A stretch of 64,000 nucleotides of DNA from an uncultured Gammaproteobacteria bacterium (GCA_963827755.1 CAWHCQ010000013.1:64001-128000); one strand, 5' to 3'. Shown: positions 1-10,019, counted from the first letter of the stretch. Translations and numbers: made by a program. Notes: a model not told the origin generated them from the letters alone.

Positions 1-547
1 TGACACGTCCAACCCATTTGGCGACACCAGTCTGCCTGGAAGGTCGGCGGCAAGTACACGCTCAACAACTTCGCTCGTCATGGGCCAGTATGAAAGCCTC
101 ACGCAAAATATTGCTACAGGTACGTACACTGGTCCGGCTATTCCAGTGGCTCCTCCTGGTGCTGTTCAAATTTCCACTCCTTCATGTCCGGGAACGGCAT
201 CGGCTGCAAACTGTACATTGTCAACCAACAACGACCAGGAAGGTACCTGGTGGCACGTGGCCGGTAGCTACACCATGGGCAACAACATGGTCTACCTGGG
301 TTACGGACAGTCCAGTTTCGATGACCTGTTACCCGCTAACGCAGCGCAGGATGGCCTCGACGCCGATGCCCTTACCGTCGCCGGCACCCACAACCTGAGC
401 AAGCGTACCAAGATCTATGCGGCCTACAGCATGCAGAGCCAGGATGCGGATAATAATGTCAACGACAGTCATTGCATCCAGCTACTGGTACCAGTTCAAG
501 ATGTTGACAAGGACGTGTTTGCGATTGGTATGAAGCACAAGTTCTAA
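1..547 (+). CDS. Gram-negative outer-membrane porin, 3' part (runs in from window start; apparent frameshifts near 30 and 76)
   Basis: AWKVGGKYTLNNFA in frame 1 (34-75) continues as VMGQYE...HNLSKRTKIYAAYS...GMKHKF in frame 2; terminal Phe and LSKRT motif typical of these porins. Confidence 0.85.
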   Translation, partial: DTSNPFGDTSLPGRSAASTRSTTSLVMGQYESLTQNIATGTYTGPAIPVAPPGAVQISTPSCPGTASAANCTLSTNNDQEGTWWHVAGSYTMGNNMVYLGYGQSSFDDLLPANAAQDGLDADALTVAGTHNLSKRTKIYAAYSMQSQDADNNVNDSHCIQLLVPVQDVDKDVFAIGMKHKF

Positions 548-570
548 TCGGTTGGTTTGTCTGGAACGGG

Positions 571-599
571 AAACGGGGCCTTCGGGCCCCGTTTTTTTT
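571..599 (+). terminator. Rho-independent terminator
   Basis: aaacggggcc-ttcg-ggccccgttt hairpin plus T8 run after the porin stop. Confidence 0.9.
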
Positions 600-774
600 G
601 CGTTAGCCGCCCGTAAAGGGCCGGGCAGCGCGTGAACAGCTGCCCGGGCAAATGCTTGCTTGTTGTATTCCTGATACAGAAGGGATTTGGTTGTTGCATA
701 TTCGCATGCAGACAGGTAAATTCCTTCACACATCAATCATTAAAAAACCCATTTCACTTCGCCGGGGGAGCCGC

Positions 775-1963
775 ATGAACAAGAAGATATCAGCAGCCAC
801 GATCGCTGCCGTACTGGCCGGGGGCCTGTCGGTTGCCGCCGCAGACAATGTTATTTTTGGTCACATCGACACCAGCATCAACGCGACCGATCAGGACGGC
901 GGCACGGATGACATCAACTTCGAATGCACCACCTGCTCCATCGGCTTCAAGGGCAGTGAAGACCTCGGCAATGGCCTGAAGGCCATTTTCTACCTGGACT
1001 TCCAGTACGACGCCTTCAACCGTAACTCGGGCGGCAGCATCACGGATCGTGACCAGTGGCTTGGTCTGGCCGACAGCTGGGGCCAGGTACGCCTGCGGCA
1101 CCATCTCCACACCCTACAAGTCACACGGCGCCATGATCGACCCGCTCTACCGCACTGCGCTGCAGGGCCGTGACCGCGGTGTGCAGTCTGATTTCCATAA
1201 CGGCGCCGGTGAGAACCTCGAAGGGCGCGCCGAGTACACCATCCGTTACGACACCCCGGACTGGAACGGTCTGAAGATGGCGGCCTTCTACACGCTGGAC
1301 AGTGATGAAGATACGGGCATAGCAAATCCTGCAACCCCGGGTAAAAATTTCCAGGAAGACAGTGATCCCTACGGTGTCGGCATCCAGTACGCCGGCGACA
1401 GTCTCCTGCTATTCGCCGACTGGGAGGACAATGCTGCCGGCAAGAAGGATGTGGGCGGTGAAATCACGGCCTGGAAAGCGGGCGGCAAATACATGGGCAG
1501 CGCCTTCGGCATGAAGTTCGGGCTCTACGGACAGTACGAAAATGCCTCGTTCAAGGATGAATCCCTGGTTGTTTACTCGCCCCTCAACATGGTCGATTTT
1601 GACTACCAGCTCTGGCATGTCGGCGCCTCGGTTCAGCTGGGCAACACCATGGCGTACTACGCCTTTGGCCAGGGTGAGTATGATGACAATAGTGTCGGTG
1701 GCAAGTCCGATGATTACGACACCTGGACGCTGGCCGTGATACACAGCCTGAGCAAGCGCACCAAGCTGTATGCCGGCTTCAGCGAGGTTGATTGTGATGC
1801 CAGGATTATGGACAGGGCGGCCGCCGGTCTCCCTGTCGGGTCCCCCGCCACCACGGTGGGTTTTGATAGCAGCGCCTGCGGCAACATTTCGAAGAACCCC
1901 GGCAGCATCGGCAAGCGCGGCGAGGACGACAAGGTCTCGTTTGGCATGAAGCACACCTTCTGA
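775..1963 (+). CDS. Gram-negative porin with +1 frameshift near 1095
   Basis: Signal peptide MNKKISAATIAAVLAGGLSVAAA, IGFKGSEDLGNGLKA motif; QVRL joins GTISTPYK in the next frame; ends HSLSKRTKLY...GMKHTF; gggggag RBS upstream. Confidence 0.85.
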
Positions 1964-1986
1964 GCCGTTTGTATGAACGATACGAC

Positions 1987-2012
1987 AAAACGGGGCCTGC
2001 GGGCCCCGTTTT
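1987..2012 (+). terminator. Rho-independent terminator
   Basis: aaaacggggcc-tgcg-ggccccgtttt, nearly identical to the hairpin at 571-599. Confidence 0.8.
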
Positions 2013-2040
2013 CAATTCCATGAACGACAGGTAACGGCAG

Positions 2041-3016
2041 ATGCATGATTGCTCATCGGCAGGGCCGGGCCGGGCAGTGTTGTGGCTTCCCCTGCTGTTA
2101 TTGCTTGCGGCCTGTGCAGGCCATGTCTATGAGCGACCCTTCGTCATCCACCAGGATGCGCACAGTGGCGGCAGCAGCGTCGCATTCAACCAGGCGGGTG
2201 ATGTCCTGGCCTCCGGTGGCTGGGAAGGCACGCTGCGGCTCTGGCAGCTGCCGGGCGGGCAGGCATTACACCACTGGCCGGCGCATACGGACTCTGTCAA
2301 CGGGATTGTCTTTATCGAGGACGACCGGCAGCTGGTGACGGCCGGCTACGATGGCGTGCTGGCGCTGTGGTCGCTGCAGGGCGCGCCCATCAAGCGCATA
2401 CAGACAGCGTCACCGGTCATGCACATGGCGGCCGATCGTGCGCGCGGGCGGTTGATCAGCGGTCACGCTGACGGCTCGGTGCGCATCTGGAGCCTGCCGG
2501 GCCTGGAGTTGATGAATGTGCGTTCCCTGTACCCGGCGGCCGTGAAGGTGGTGGCGATCGATGCCGGGTCGCCGCGTTATGCCGCGGCGGACACGCGCGG
2601 CACGGTGTCTGTCTGGAGCGAGGGCGGCCCCGAACAGCGGCTGGAATCACCGCCCACCGATGCCTGGACACTGGCGTTTTCACCGGACGGGCAATGGTTG
2701 CTGGGAGGCAGCTGGTTTCGCCTGTTTCGCTGGAACCTGCGAGACGGCACGCTGCAAACCCTGCCGACGGAACATCACGGCATCATCAAGTCGATTCAGT
2801 ACACCGGCAACGGTAACGAACTGGCAACGATCAGCCGCCAGACCGACAGTGCCGTGTATTTCCTCGATGCGGTCAGCGGCGACACCCTGCGCCGTTTCGC
2901 AGGCGCATGACCTGTGCGGGGCCGATATAGCCGTGTCGCCGGACGGGCATTACCTGGCAACCACCAGCGATGATGCAAGCGTGCGTATCTGGGATTTGAC
3001 CGGGTCTGGAAAATAG
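2041..3016 (+). CDS. WD40-repeat protein, probable lipoprotein, with +1 frameshift near 2899
   Basis: LLLLLAAC lipobox-like segment; repeated AH...LASGGWEGTLRLW units; last repeat AHDLC...LATTSDDASVRIWD is in the frame ending at 3016. Confidence 0.8.
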
Positions 3017-3048
3017 AGGTGATAAGTCGAGACTGCAGGTAACCGTCT

Positions 3049-3104
3049 GGTCGAATAAATTCGACCCTACAATCCTGACTGAGTAGGGCCGAATTCATTC
3101 GGCC
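3049..3104. repeat. Inverted pair of GTAG-type REP-like palindromes
   Basis: ggtcgaataaattcgaccctac and gtagggccgaattcattcggcc between convergent genes. Confidence 0.7.
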
Positions 3105-3116
3105 AACAACTCTCAA

Positions 3117-3773
3117 TCAGGTGATTTTCTTGATCCCGTCTTCCGTACCGAGTAACAGCACATCGGCCGGTCTCAGGGCGAACAGGCCGACGGTTACCAC
3201 GCCGGGAAGGTTGTTCAGTTCCTGTTCCAGTTTTACCGGTTCCATGATTTCCATGTTGTGCACGTCGAGGATGACATTGCCGTTATCGGTGGTAAAGCCA
3301 TCACGGTAGACCGGTTGCCCGCCACGTTTTACCAGCTCGCGGGCAACCATGCTGCGTGCCATGGGAATGACCTCGACGGGCAGCGGGAAGGCCCCGAGCA
3401 CGTCAACCAGCTTGCTGCCGTCGGCGATGCAGACAAACTTGCGGGCGCAGGCCGCAACAATCTTCTCACGGGTGAGTGCGCCACCGCCGCCCTTGATCAG
3501 GTGCAGGTGATGGTTGGACTCGTCCGCACCATCGACATAGACCGACAGCTCATCCACGGAATTGAGATCCAGCACCGGGATGCCGTGGGCGGCAAGCCGT
3601 TCGGCGCTGGCGCGGGAGCTGGCGACCGTGCCGTCGATCCTGCCCTTGATGCCGGCGAGGAAGTCGATGAAGTGGTTGGCGGTCGAGCCGGTGCCGATAC
3701 CGATGACGGTGCCGGCCTCCACGTATTCCAGCGCCGCCTCGGCGACCATTTTTTTCATTTCGTCCTGCGTCAT
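3117..3773 (-). CDS. rpiA: Ribose-5-phosphate isomerase A
   Basis: [26 protein letters not shown] motifs. Confidence 0.97.
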   Translation of the reverse strand: MTQDEMKKMVAEAALEYVEAGTVIGIGTGSTANHFIDFLAGIKGRIDGTVASSRASAERLAAHGIPVLDLNSVDELSVYVDGADESNHHLHLIKGGGGALTREKIVAACARKFVCIADGSKLVDVLGAFPLPVEVIPMARSMVARELVKRGGQPVYRDGFTTDNGNVILDVHNMEIMEPVKLEQELNNLPGVVTVGLFALRPADVLLLGTEDGIKKIT

Positions 3774-3879
3774 TTTCGTACTCCGTAATCGTCAATGACA
3801 TTGATAATACCCGCGCCATCCGGGGATGTCATGGTTCATTCCGTGTACTAGCTCCAATCTGATAAAGACAAATATTATT

Positions 3880-3962
3880 GCCACGGAAGCACACGGAAAA
3901 ACACGGAAGAATAAATGCCAAAAAAAGACTTTTTCCCGTGTATTTCCGTGTGCTTCCGTGGC
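3880..3962. repeat. Inverted repeat built of CACGGAA units
   Basis: gccacggaagcacacggaaaaacacggaa ... ttcccgtgtatttccgtgtgcttccgtggc. Confidence 0.8.
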
Positions 3963-4075
3963 TATTAAAAAATCTGTTGCCTGGCTTGATATATTGCAGC
4001 AAACGTTATTATCAAATTGGAAGAGTGCTGGTCCGCATCTGGGCAAGCCGGATTTGAACTGTTACTGTACCCGCC

Positions 4076-5596
4076 ATGCTGAAACGTTACCTGAAGATGA
4101 TCGAGAACTCCCGCGTCTACGAAGTGGCCAGCGAGACCCCGCTGGTCGAGGCGGGGCGCCTGTCGCGGCGGCTTGATAACCGTGTCTGGATGAAGCGCGA
4201 GGACCTGCAGCCGGTCTATTCATTCAAGTGTCGCGGTGCCTATAACAAGATCTCCAGCCTGTCGGACGAACAGCGCGAGCGCGGGATAATCGCGGCGTCA
4301 GCCGGGAACCATGCACAGGGCGTGGCGTTATCCGCGAACAGGCTGGGAGTAAAGGCGCTGATATTCATGCCGGTCACCACGCCCTCGATCAAGGTCGAGG
4401 CCGTCAGGAACTACGGCGCGCGCATCAAGCTGAAGGGCGACACCTATGATGAGGCCTATACCTGGGCGGCCGCCTATGCGAAAGAGCAGGGAATGGTCTT
4501 TGTGCACCCCTACGATGACCCCATCGTCATTGCGGGGCAGGGCACGATCGGCCTGGAGATCATGCGGCAACATTCCGCCGAGCTGTATGCCATTTTTGTC
4601 CCGGTTGGCGGTGGTGGCCTGATCGCCGGGATTGCAGCGGCGGTCAAGTCGTTACGGCCCGGTATAAAGGTTATCGGTGTCGAGCCCGACGAGGCGCCTT
4701 GCATGTACGAGGCATTGAAGCGCGGGCGACGCGTCAAGCTCAAGGAGGTCGGTATTTTTGCGGATGGTGTTGCCGTGCGCCAGGCAGGGAAGGAGCCTTT
4801 CCGGATTGCGCGGGAGCATGTCGACGAGGTCATTGTCGTCAGTACCGATGCGCTGTGTGCAGCCATCAAGGATATCTACGATGACTGTCGATCCATTGTC
4901 GAACCGGCCGGGGCGCTTGCGATTGCGGGCATCAAGCAGTATGTGGAGCAGCATGGCCTGACCGGGAAAAGCATGGTTGCGATCAACAGCGGTGCAAACA
5001 TCAATTTTGACCGCCTGCGCCATGTCTCGGAGCGGGCCGAGATCGGCGAACAGCGCGAGGCCTTGCTGGGTGTCACCATCCCGGAGCAACCCGGCAGCTT
5101 CAGGAAATTCTGCGAGACGCTCGGCAAACGGGGTATTACCGAGTTCAACTACCGTTATTCCCAGGCAAAGCAGGCGCATGTCTTTGCCGGGATACGATTA
5201 CAGGACGGGGATAACGAGCGTGAAGCACTGCTGAAGGACTTGCGCAAGCAGGGTTACCCGGTTGAGGACCTGACCGACAGCGAGCTTGCCAAGCTGCATA
5301 TCCGTTACATGGTCGGCGGGCGGGTGCCGGGGCTGGAGGATGAACTGCTCTACCGGTTTCAGTTCCCCGAACGCCCGGGCGCGCTGCTTGCTTTCCTCGC
5401 AGCGATTGGCAAGCGCTGGAACATCAGCCTGTTTCATTACCGCAACCACGGCGCGGATTACGGACGCGTACTGGTGGGCATCCAGGTGCCGCGGGAAAGT
5501 CGCAAGGAGTTCCGCAAGTCCCTGGCTGATTTGAGCTACCTGTACTGGGAGGAAACGGACTGCGTGGCATACAGGTTGTTCCTCGGGGATGCCTGA
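4076..5596 (+). CDS. ilvA: Threonine ammonia-lyase, biosynthetic
   Basis: KREDLQPVYSFKCRGA PLP-lysine motif, ASAGNHAQG, two C-terminal regulatory repeats (PERPGAL). Confidence 0.97.
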   Translation: MLKRYLKMIENSRVYEVASETPLVEAGRLSRRLDNRVWMKREDLQPVYSFKCRGAYNKISSLSDEQRERGIIAASAGNHAQGVALSANRLGVKALIFMPVTTPSIKVEAVRNYGARIKLKGDTYDEAYTWAAAYAKEQGMVFVHPYDDPIVIAGQGTIGLEIMRQHSAELYAIFVPVGGGGLIAGIAAAVKSLRPGIKVIGVEPDEAPCMYEALKRGRRVKLKEVGIFADGVAVRQAGKEPFRIAREHVDEVIVVSTDALCAAIKDIYDDCRSIVEPAGALAIAGIKQYVEQHGLTGKSMVAINSGANINFDRLRHVSERAEIGEQREALLGVTIPEQPGSFRKFCETLGKRGITEFNYRYSQAKQAHVFAGIRLQDGDNEREALLKDLRKQGYPVEDLTDSELAKLHIRYMVGGRVPGLEDELLYRFQFPERPGALLAFLAAIGKRWNISLFHYRNHGADYGRVLVGIQVPRESRKEFRKSLADLSYLYWEETDCVAYRLFLGDA

Positions 5597-5623
5597 GCAG
5601 GCTGGCCGCTTTCGGTGATCCTG

Positions 5624-6380
5624 GTTTCGCCTGGCGGCGGGGTGCTTTTCTTTCTTTTGTCTACTTAATGAGGCGCCTTGCAGGCGCTGGTTTTATTTGG
5701 ATGCGGGCTTTCGCGCCCGCCGGCGAGGTACTTTTCTTTGCTCGCCAAAGAAAAGTACCCAAAAGAAAGGCACCCGGAGACTCAGCCCGAATACTCATTT
5801 TCAATGCGTATTCGGGTTCCCTGCGTTTCTCGCCAATCCGGGCGCGCACAACTCGCAATCTCGCTGCGCTCGAAAGCTCAAACAGGGTGCGCGGCATTCT
5901 CCGGATTGGCTGCGGTACTCGGTGAGTGCTACGGGAGGGGTAGATCAACCCCCCATACTCACCGATTGGGGTTTGATCTACCCTCCCGTAGCACTCACCG
6001 AGTACCGCAGCCAATCCGGGGAATAGCCGCGCACCCTGTCTGAGCTTTCGAGCGCAGCGAGATTGCGAGTTGTGCGCGGCCCCGGATTGGCGAAAACCGG
6101 ATGAAGCATGCGCCCTGTCTGAGCTTTCGAGCGCAGCGAGATTGCGAGTTGCGCATGCGCCGGTTTTCGCGAGAAGCGCAGGGAACCCGAATACTCATTG
6201 AAAATCAGTATTCGGGCAAGCCTCCGGGCCGCCTTTCTTTTGGATACGTTTCTTTGGCGGAGCAAAGAAAAGTATCTCGCCGCGCGGGCGCGAAAGCCCG
6301 CATCAAATAAAACCAGCGCCTGCAAGGCGCCTCATTAAGTAGATAAAAGAAAGAAAAGCACCTCGCCGCCAGGCAAAACC
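5624..6380. repeat. Large fold-back palindromic element, copy 1
   Basis: Ends gtttcgcctggcggcggggtgcttttctttc / gaaagaaaagcacctcgccgccaggcaaaac are reverse complements; arms pair in to a loop near 5955-5967; homologous to 21283-21992. Confidence 0.9.
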
Positions 6381-6394
6381 CGAATAGGGCTAAT

Positions 6395-6427
6395 AAAAAA
6401 GCCCGGGCTGAATCAGCCCGGGCTTTC
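6395..6427. terminator. Probable bidirectional terminator
   Basis: aaaaaagcccgggctg-aat-cagcccgggctttc. Confidence 0.8.
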
Positions 6428-6474
6428 TTGTCGTTGCAGCGGTGTTCAGTGAAGAACGCCGTGTTAGCCGACGA

Positions 6475-6912
6475 CTATCTCCGACGCGTAGTTTTACGCT
6501 TCGGCGCAGCCTTTCTCCGTTTAGGAGCAGCCTTCTTCCGCTTCGGTGCAGCCTTTCTCCGTTTAGGAGCAGCCTTCTTCCGCTTCGGTGCAGCCTTTCT
6601 CCGTTTAGGAGCAGCCTTCTTCCGCTTCGGTGCAGCCTTTCTCCGTTTAGGAGCAGCCTTCTTCCGCTTCGGTGCAGCCTTTCTCCGTTTAGGAGCAGCC
6701 TTCTTCCGCTTCGGTGCAGCCTTTCTCCGTTTAGGAGCAGCCTTCTTCCGCTTCGGTGCAGCCTTCTTCCGCTTCGGTGCAGCCTTCCTACGCTTCGGTG
6801 CTGCCTTCTTGCGCTTCGGTGCTGCCTTCTTGCGTTTTACAGTTGTCTTTCTCTTTACGGTTGTCTTTCGTTTTGCAGTCGTCTTTCTCCTCGTTTTCTT
6901 TTTTGCAGCCAT
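6475..6912 (-). CDS. Histone H1-like basic repeat protein (145 aa)
   Basis: MAAKKKTRRK start with ggaggt RBS; 16 KAAPKR[K/R]-type heptads; no acidic residues. Confidence 0.85.
   Translation of the reverse strand: MAAKKKTRRKTTAKRKTTVKRKTTVKRKKAAPKRKKAAPKRRKAAPKRKKAAPKRKKAAPKRRKAAPKRKKAAPKRRKAAPKRKKAAPKRRKAAPKRKKAAPKRRKAAPKRKKAAPKRRKAAPKRKKAAPKRRKAAPKRKTTRRR
6500..6835. repeat. Coding tandem repeat: six 42-bp units plus four 21-bp units
   Basis: ttcggtgcagcctttctccgtttaggagcagccttcttccgc repeated almost perfectly. Confidence 0.9.
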
Positions 6913-7922
6913 ACCATTACCTCCATTACATTTTAATTGCCCAAGGTGAGTATAAACAAGAATGTACAAATTACCAGTTTTTTTAGTGGTAATACATTCG
7001 TGCTTTGTAGCGTTCAAAAAGTAAAAAACTAAAGTTATTTTTGTGCACGCGTTGTCTTTAATTTTTTACGTGTAACCAATAACGGTGTCGGGTTTCAAGA
7101 TTACGGTTGTCACTGTCGGTTAAAATTTGCGTGGGAATTGTTTTGCTGCAGTGCGAATATTTTTTACTGTTTTCAAAAAAACTGCCGGCTGAATCGGCAC
7201 TGCACACCAGGTGACGCCGGGCGTCACTTGTTATGAGATTGTTAACAGAAAGTTGTATGAGAGGGGTTGGCAATCAATCTGTACGGTTGCCGGTCAGGTT
7301 ATAAAAAAATTCATATAAACAGTAGGTTATCGTTGTTGTTCCGGGCGTTTTTGACAAGGAGTGTGAATTAATCCGACAGTATGAATCGGTCGTGAACAAG
7401 GGACCATTGTCTGCTTCAAACAGCGTTTGCAAGCAGGATTATTCAAAAGCAGGCATGTGCAATGCATGTTGATCGACGTCCGTCATGAAGGTTGAATCGC
7501 CAACTTGCAAGACAGGCTTTCTGCGTGTGCGGACCGGGCGTGCTGGTCGTGCCGGGTTTGTAAACAAGTGTTGCACAGTCGTGTGTAACGCAGGTGTTCA
7601 ACATCTGTTGCGGGAGAATGTTGCCGGGTAATTTTTGGAAATTATTTTTTTATTTTTTTAAGAAAATGAGTTTCTGGCAACTTTTTTCGTGTGACCTGGT
7701 TTTTTTTCGGCAAGCCGACAGACGTGCATGTGCAGTTTTCAGTCGCTGTAAAACACGGGCAGCGGTTACGCATCTCCCTGTGCGACACCGTGCCTTGATG
7801 ATTCAACATCGCGGTTCTCGCGTGTTCATTCATGTAAAACATGTGATTTATGTTGTTAAAAAGACACAAATACAGTGTGGCGCCCCTGGAAGGCTACGGT
7901 TGAGTATTCGCGCGCCTGCGAA

Positions 7923-8510
7923 TTATTTTGATGTGCGATAGGTTGCGCTTTCAGTCACGACTGCATTCAGTGGTATATCCCAGCTGTTTACCTCGAGCGC
8001 GGCCTGTTTCTGGAATTCATAGGCAAGCCCGACGAGTTTTGGTTTGTACAGACGGGTGCGCCTGCCGAGAAAGGCAAAGCTGTGGTCATAGTAAGCAGCA
8101 CCCATGCCGAGGCGATGTCCGCGGCTGTCAAATGCGACCAGCGGTGTGAACACCAGGTCAAGATCGCAGGGCTTGATCAGCCTGCGCCGTGCCGGTTCCG
8201 CAATACCGTAGCGGTTGAAAACCATGGGTTCCCCGGGTTCAAAGCGGGCAAACCAGAGTTTATTTTTCGAAAAGGGTGCAAGTACCGGCAGGTACAGTTT
8301 TTTGCCGAGTTGCCAAAGCCGTTGTACGAGGGGAGACGGGTCAATTTCACCATCGCTCGCCAGGTAGGCGGCTATATGGTGACTGTTGGCGGCGATGCGG
8401 CTGGCAGAGACGCGCTGCGCCAATTGTTCGGCGCAGTGGCCGGCCTCGCGCCGGGTGACGGCGCGGCGTTGTTGGCGAATGGATTGGCGCAACTGCTTGC
8501 GACTGGGCAT
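7923..8510 (-). CDS. ygfA: 5-formyltetrahydrofolate cyclo-ligase
   Basis: MPSRKQLRQSIRQQR start; DLVFTPLVAFD...RLGMGAAYYD; WDIPL; lies downstream of 6S RNA. Confidence 0.92.
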   Translation of the reverse strand: MPSRKQLRQSIRQQRRAVTRREAGHCAEQLAQRVSASRIAANSHHIAAYLASDGEIDPSPLVQRLWQLGKKLYLPVLAPFSKNKLWFARFEPGEPMVFNRYGIAEPARRRLIKPCDLDLVFTPLVAFDSRGHRLGMGAAYYDHSFAFLGRRTRLYKPKLVGLAYEFQKQAALEVNSWDIPLNAVVTESATYRTSK

Positions 8511-8576
8511 GGGCGGAACAGGCGGAGTGTGTTGTGTAATCGGCCCGACCTGGCGGGTGTGTCTGTGATTAAGGGA

Positions 8577-8762
8577 GGGCATCCTCCACTTGTGCCGGTG
8601 CAGCTATTGCCCTTGAACCAGAGGTACAAGAGGGGGACGGCAGTGATGCGACAGGCTCTCCACACATGGCGGATATGCACAAAGCACCAGGATTAGTCCC
8701 CTGGATTGAAAAATAGGCTCAAGGAGTACTAAGCCACTATCAAACACAGCAGGGGATGCCCG
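8577..8762 (-). ncRNA. ssrS: 6S RNA
   Basis: Canonical position between zapA and ygfA; terminal pairing gggcatcc/ggatgccc; ccttgagcc and ggttcaaggg segments characteristic of 6S. Confidence 0.88.
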
Positions 8763-8775
8763 TTTCTAACTCGTT

Positions 8776-9081
8776 TCAGTGTGTCTTTGCCTGCCGGTAA
8801 CTGGCAAGCACCTCGTCAATTCGATTATTCAGCTTTTTGATTCGTGTGCTGGTGTTGCTTGCATCGCCGCCACCGGTAAGTGCCTCATGCGCGATATTCA
8901 GGCCTGCCATCACGGCAATGCGGTCGATACCAATGACTTTCCCGGCGCTGCGGATTTCGGTCATCTTGTCGTTGAGGTGTTTTCCCGATGCCTTGAGGGC
9001 ATCTACTTCCTCCTCGGGACAGGAAACCAGGTATTCCTTGTCGAGGATGTGTACCTTGAGGGTATGCGGGTCACTGCTCAT
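8776..9081 (-). CDS. zapA: Cell division protein ZapA
   Basis: VHILDKEYLVSCP...RIAVMAGLNIAHE. Confidence 0.93.
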   Translation of the reverse strand: MSSDPHTLKVHILDKEYLVSCPEEEVDALKASGKHLNDKMTEIRSAGKVIGIDRIAVMAGLNIAHEALTGGGDASNTSTRIKKLNNRIDEVLASYRQAKTH

Positions 9082-9311
9082 ATACTGGTCTCCAGTGACT
9101 TGAGGCGCGTAACGATGGCATCAACCCTGTTACGGACCTCGTCGTGTCTTTCAACCAGTCCGGCGCGCTCCGTTGCCTGTGCGACCTGCTGGGCACGCAG
9201 CGACTGGTTTTCCTGCATCAGGCGGGTGATGATGTCCAGCAGGCTGTCCACCTTCTCTTCAAGCTTGCCAAGCTCCTGGTCAATGATTGCGGGTGCGGTT
9301 TTTTTTGTCAT
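9078..9311 (-). CDS. ZapB-like coiled-coil protein (TIGR02449 type)
   Basis: LEEKVDSLL...ENQSLR...RVDAIVTRLKSLE; overlaps zapA start. Confidence 0.85.
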   Translation of the reverse strand: MTKKTAPAIIDQELGKLEEKVDSLLDIITRLMQENQSLRAQQVAQATERAGLVERHDEVRNRVDAIVTRLKSLETSI

Positions 9312-9455
9312 GGGGTCAATATAGTGCGGTTGCCTGACAGGGTCAACGCCGGCAATCGTGCCGGGTGTCGGCAGAGGGTCGCAGCGTTGATATGTGATAA
9401 TAGTGCAAGACACTGGTATAAATGAATTTACGCGGTTGCAGAGAGGAGATGTGCC

Positions 9456-10019
9456 GTGCTGGAAACGTCAACGTGCAGCTATGATGAGCTCGAGGCAAGA
9501 CTGGAATCCGCCGCTGCCGGGAGTGGCGCGGCCGAGGCGCATGGCCTGTTGAGTGGAATCATTTGCGCGGGTGGCAAGACTACGCCCGATACCTGGTTGG
9601 GCCACCTGCTTGGCGAGGGCAATACCGGCAGTGCGGCGGCGTGGGGTGTCATTGAGTTGCTTGAGGGACTGCAGGCTGAAATACTGGCGCAGCTGAATGA
9701 CGAGTCATTCAGCTTTGCGCTGTTGCTGCCTGATGATGATGCCTCGTTACTGCAGCGGACACAGGCCTTGAGCCACTGGTGTGCAGGTTTTCTTTACGGG
9801 CTTGCCCTGGGTGGCATTCGCGACGATGCAAGCTATTCCGGCGATACGCGGGAGGTCATAAAGGATTTTTATGAAATCTCCAATGCCGGGTTTATTGCCG
9901 ATCCGGGTGATGAAGAAAACGAGGAGGCCTACATGGAGATCGTGGAGTATGTGCGCATGAGTGTGTTGTTGCTGTATGAAGACATGCAATCAGTTCCGGC
10001 CCCGGCACGCTTGCAGTAG
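9456..10019 (+). CDS. ygfB: UPF0149 (YgfB) family protein
   Basis: AEAHGLLSG, WCAGFLYG, EIVEYVRM; upstream of pepP. Confidence 0.9.
   Translation: MLETSTCSYDELEARLESAAAGSGAAEAHGLLSGIICAGGKTTPDTWLGHLLGEGNTGSAAAWGVIELLEGLQAEILAQLNDESFSFALLLPDDDASLLQRTQALSHWCAGFLYGLALGGIRDDASYSGDTREVIKDFYEISNAGFIADPGDEENEEAYMEIVEYVRMSVLLLYEDMQSVPAPARLQ

Noticed and set aside
5661-6325. Many short ORFs here and at 21234-21949
   Set aside because: They are translations of the palindromic element, appearing on both strands with inconsistent frames
6500-6835. Possible CRISPR array
   Set aside because: Head-to-tail repeats with no unique spacers, length a multiple of 3, inside an ORF
6428-6986. Plus-strand repetitive ORFs (LRFGAAF and SLLPLRC repeats)
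   Set aside because: Antisense shadows of the H1-like gene, which has the RBS and a plausible composition
7594-7941. ORFs in the AT-rich gap
   Set aside because: Atypical composition and no recognisable RBS or motif
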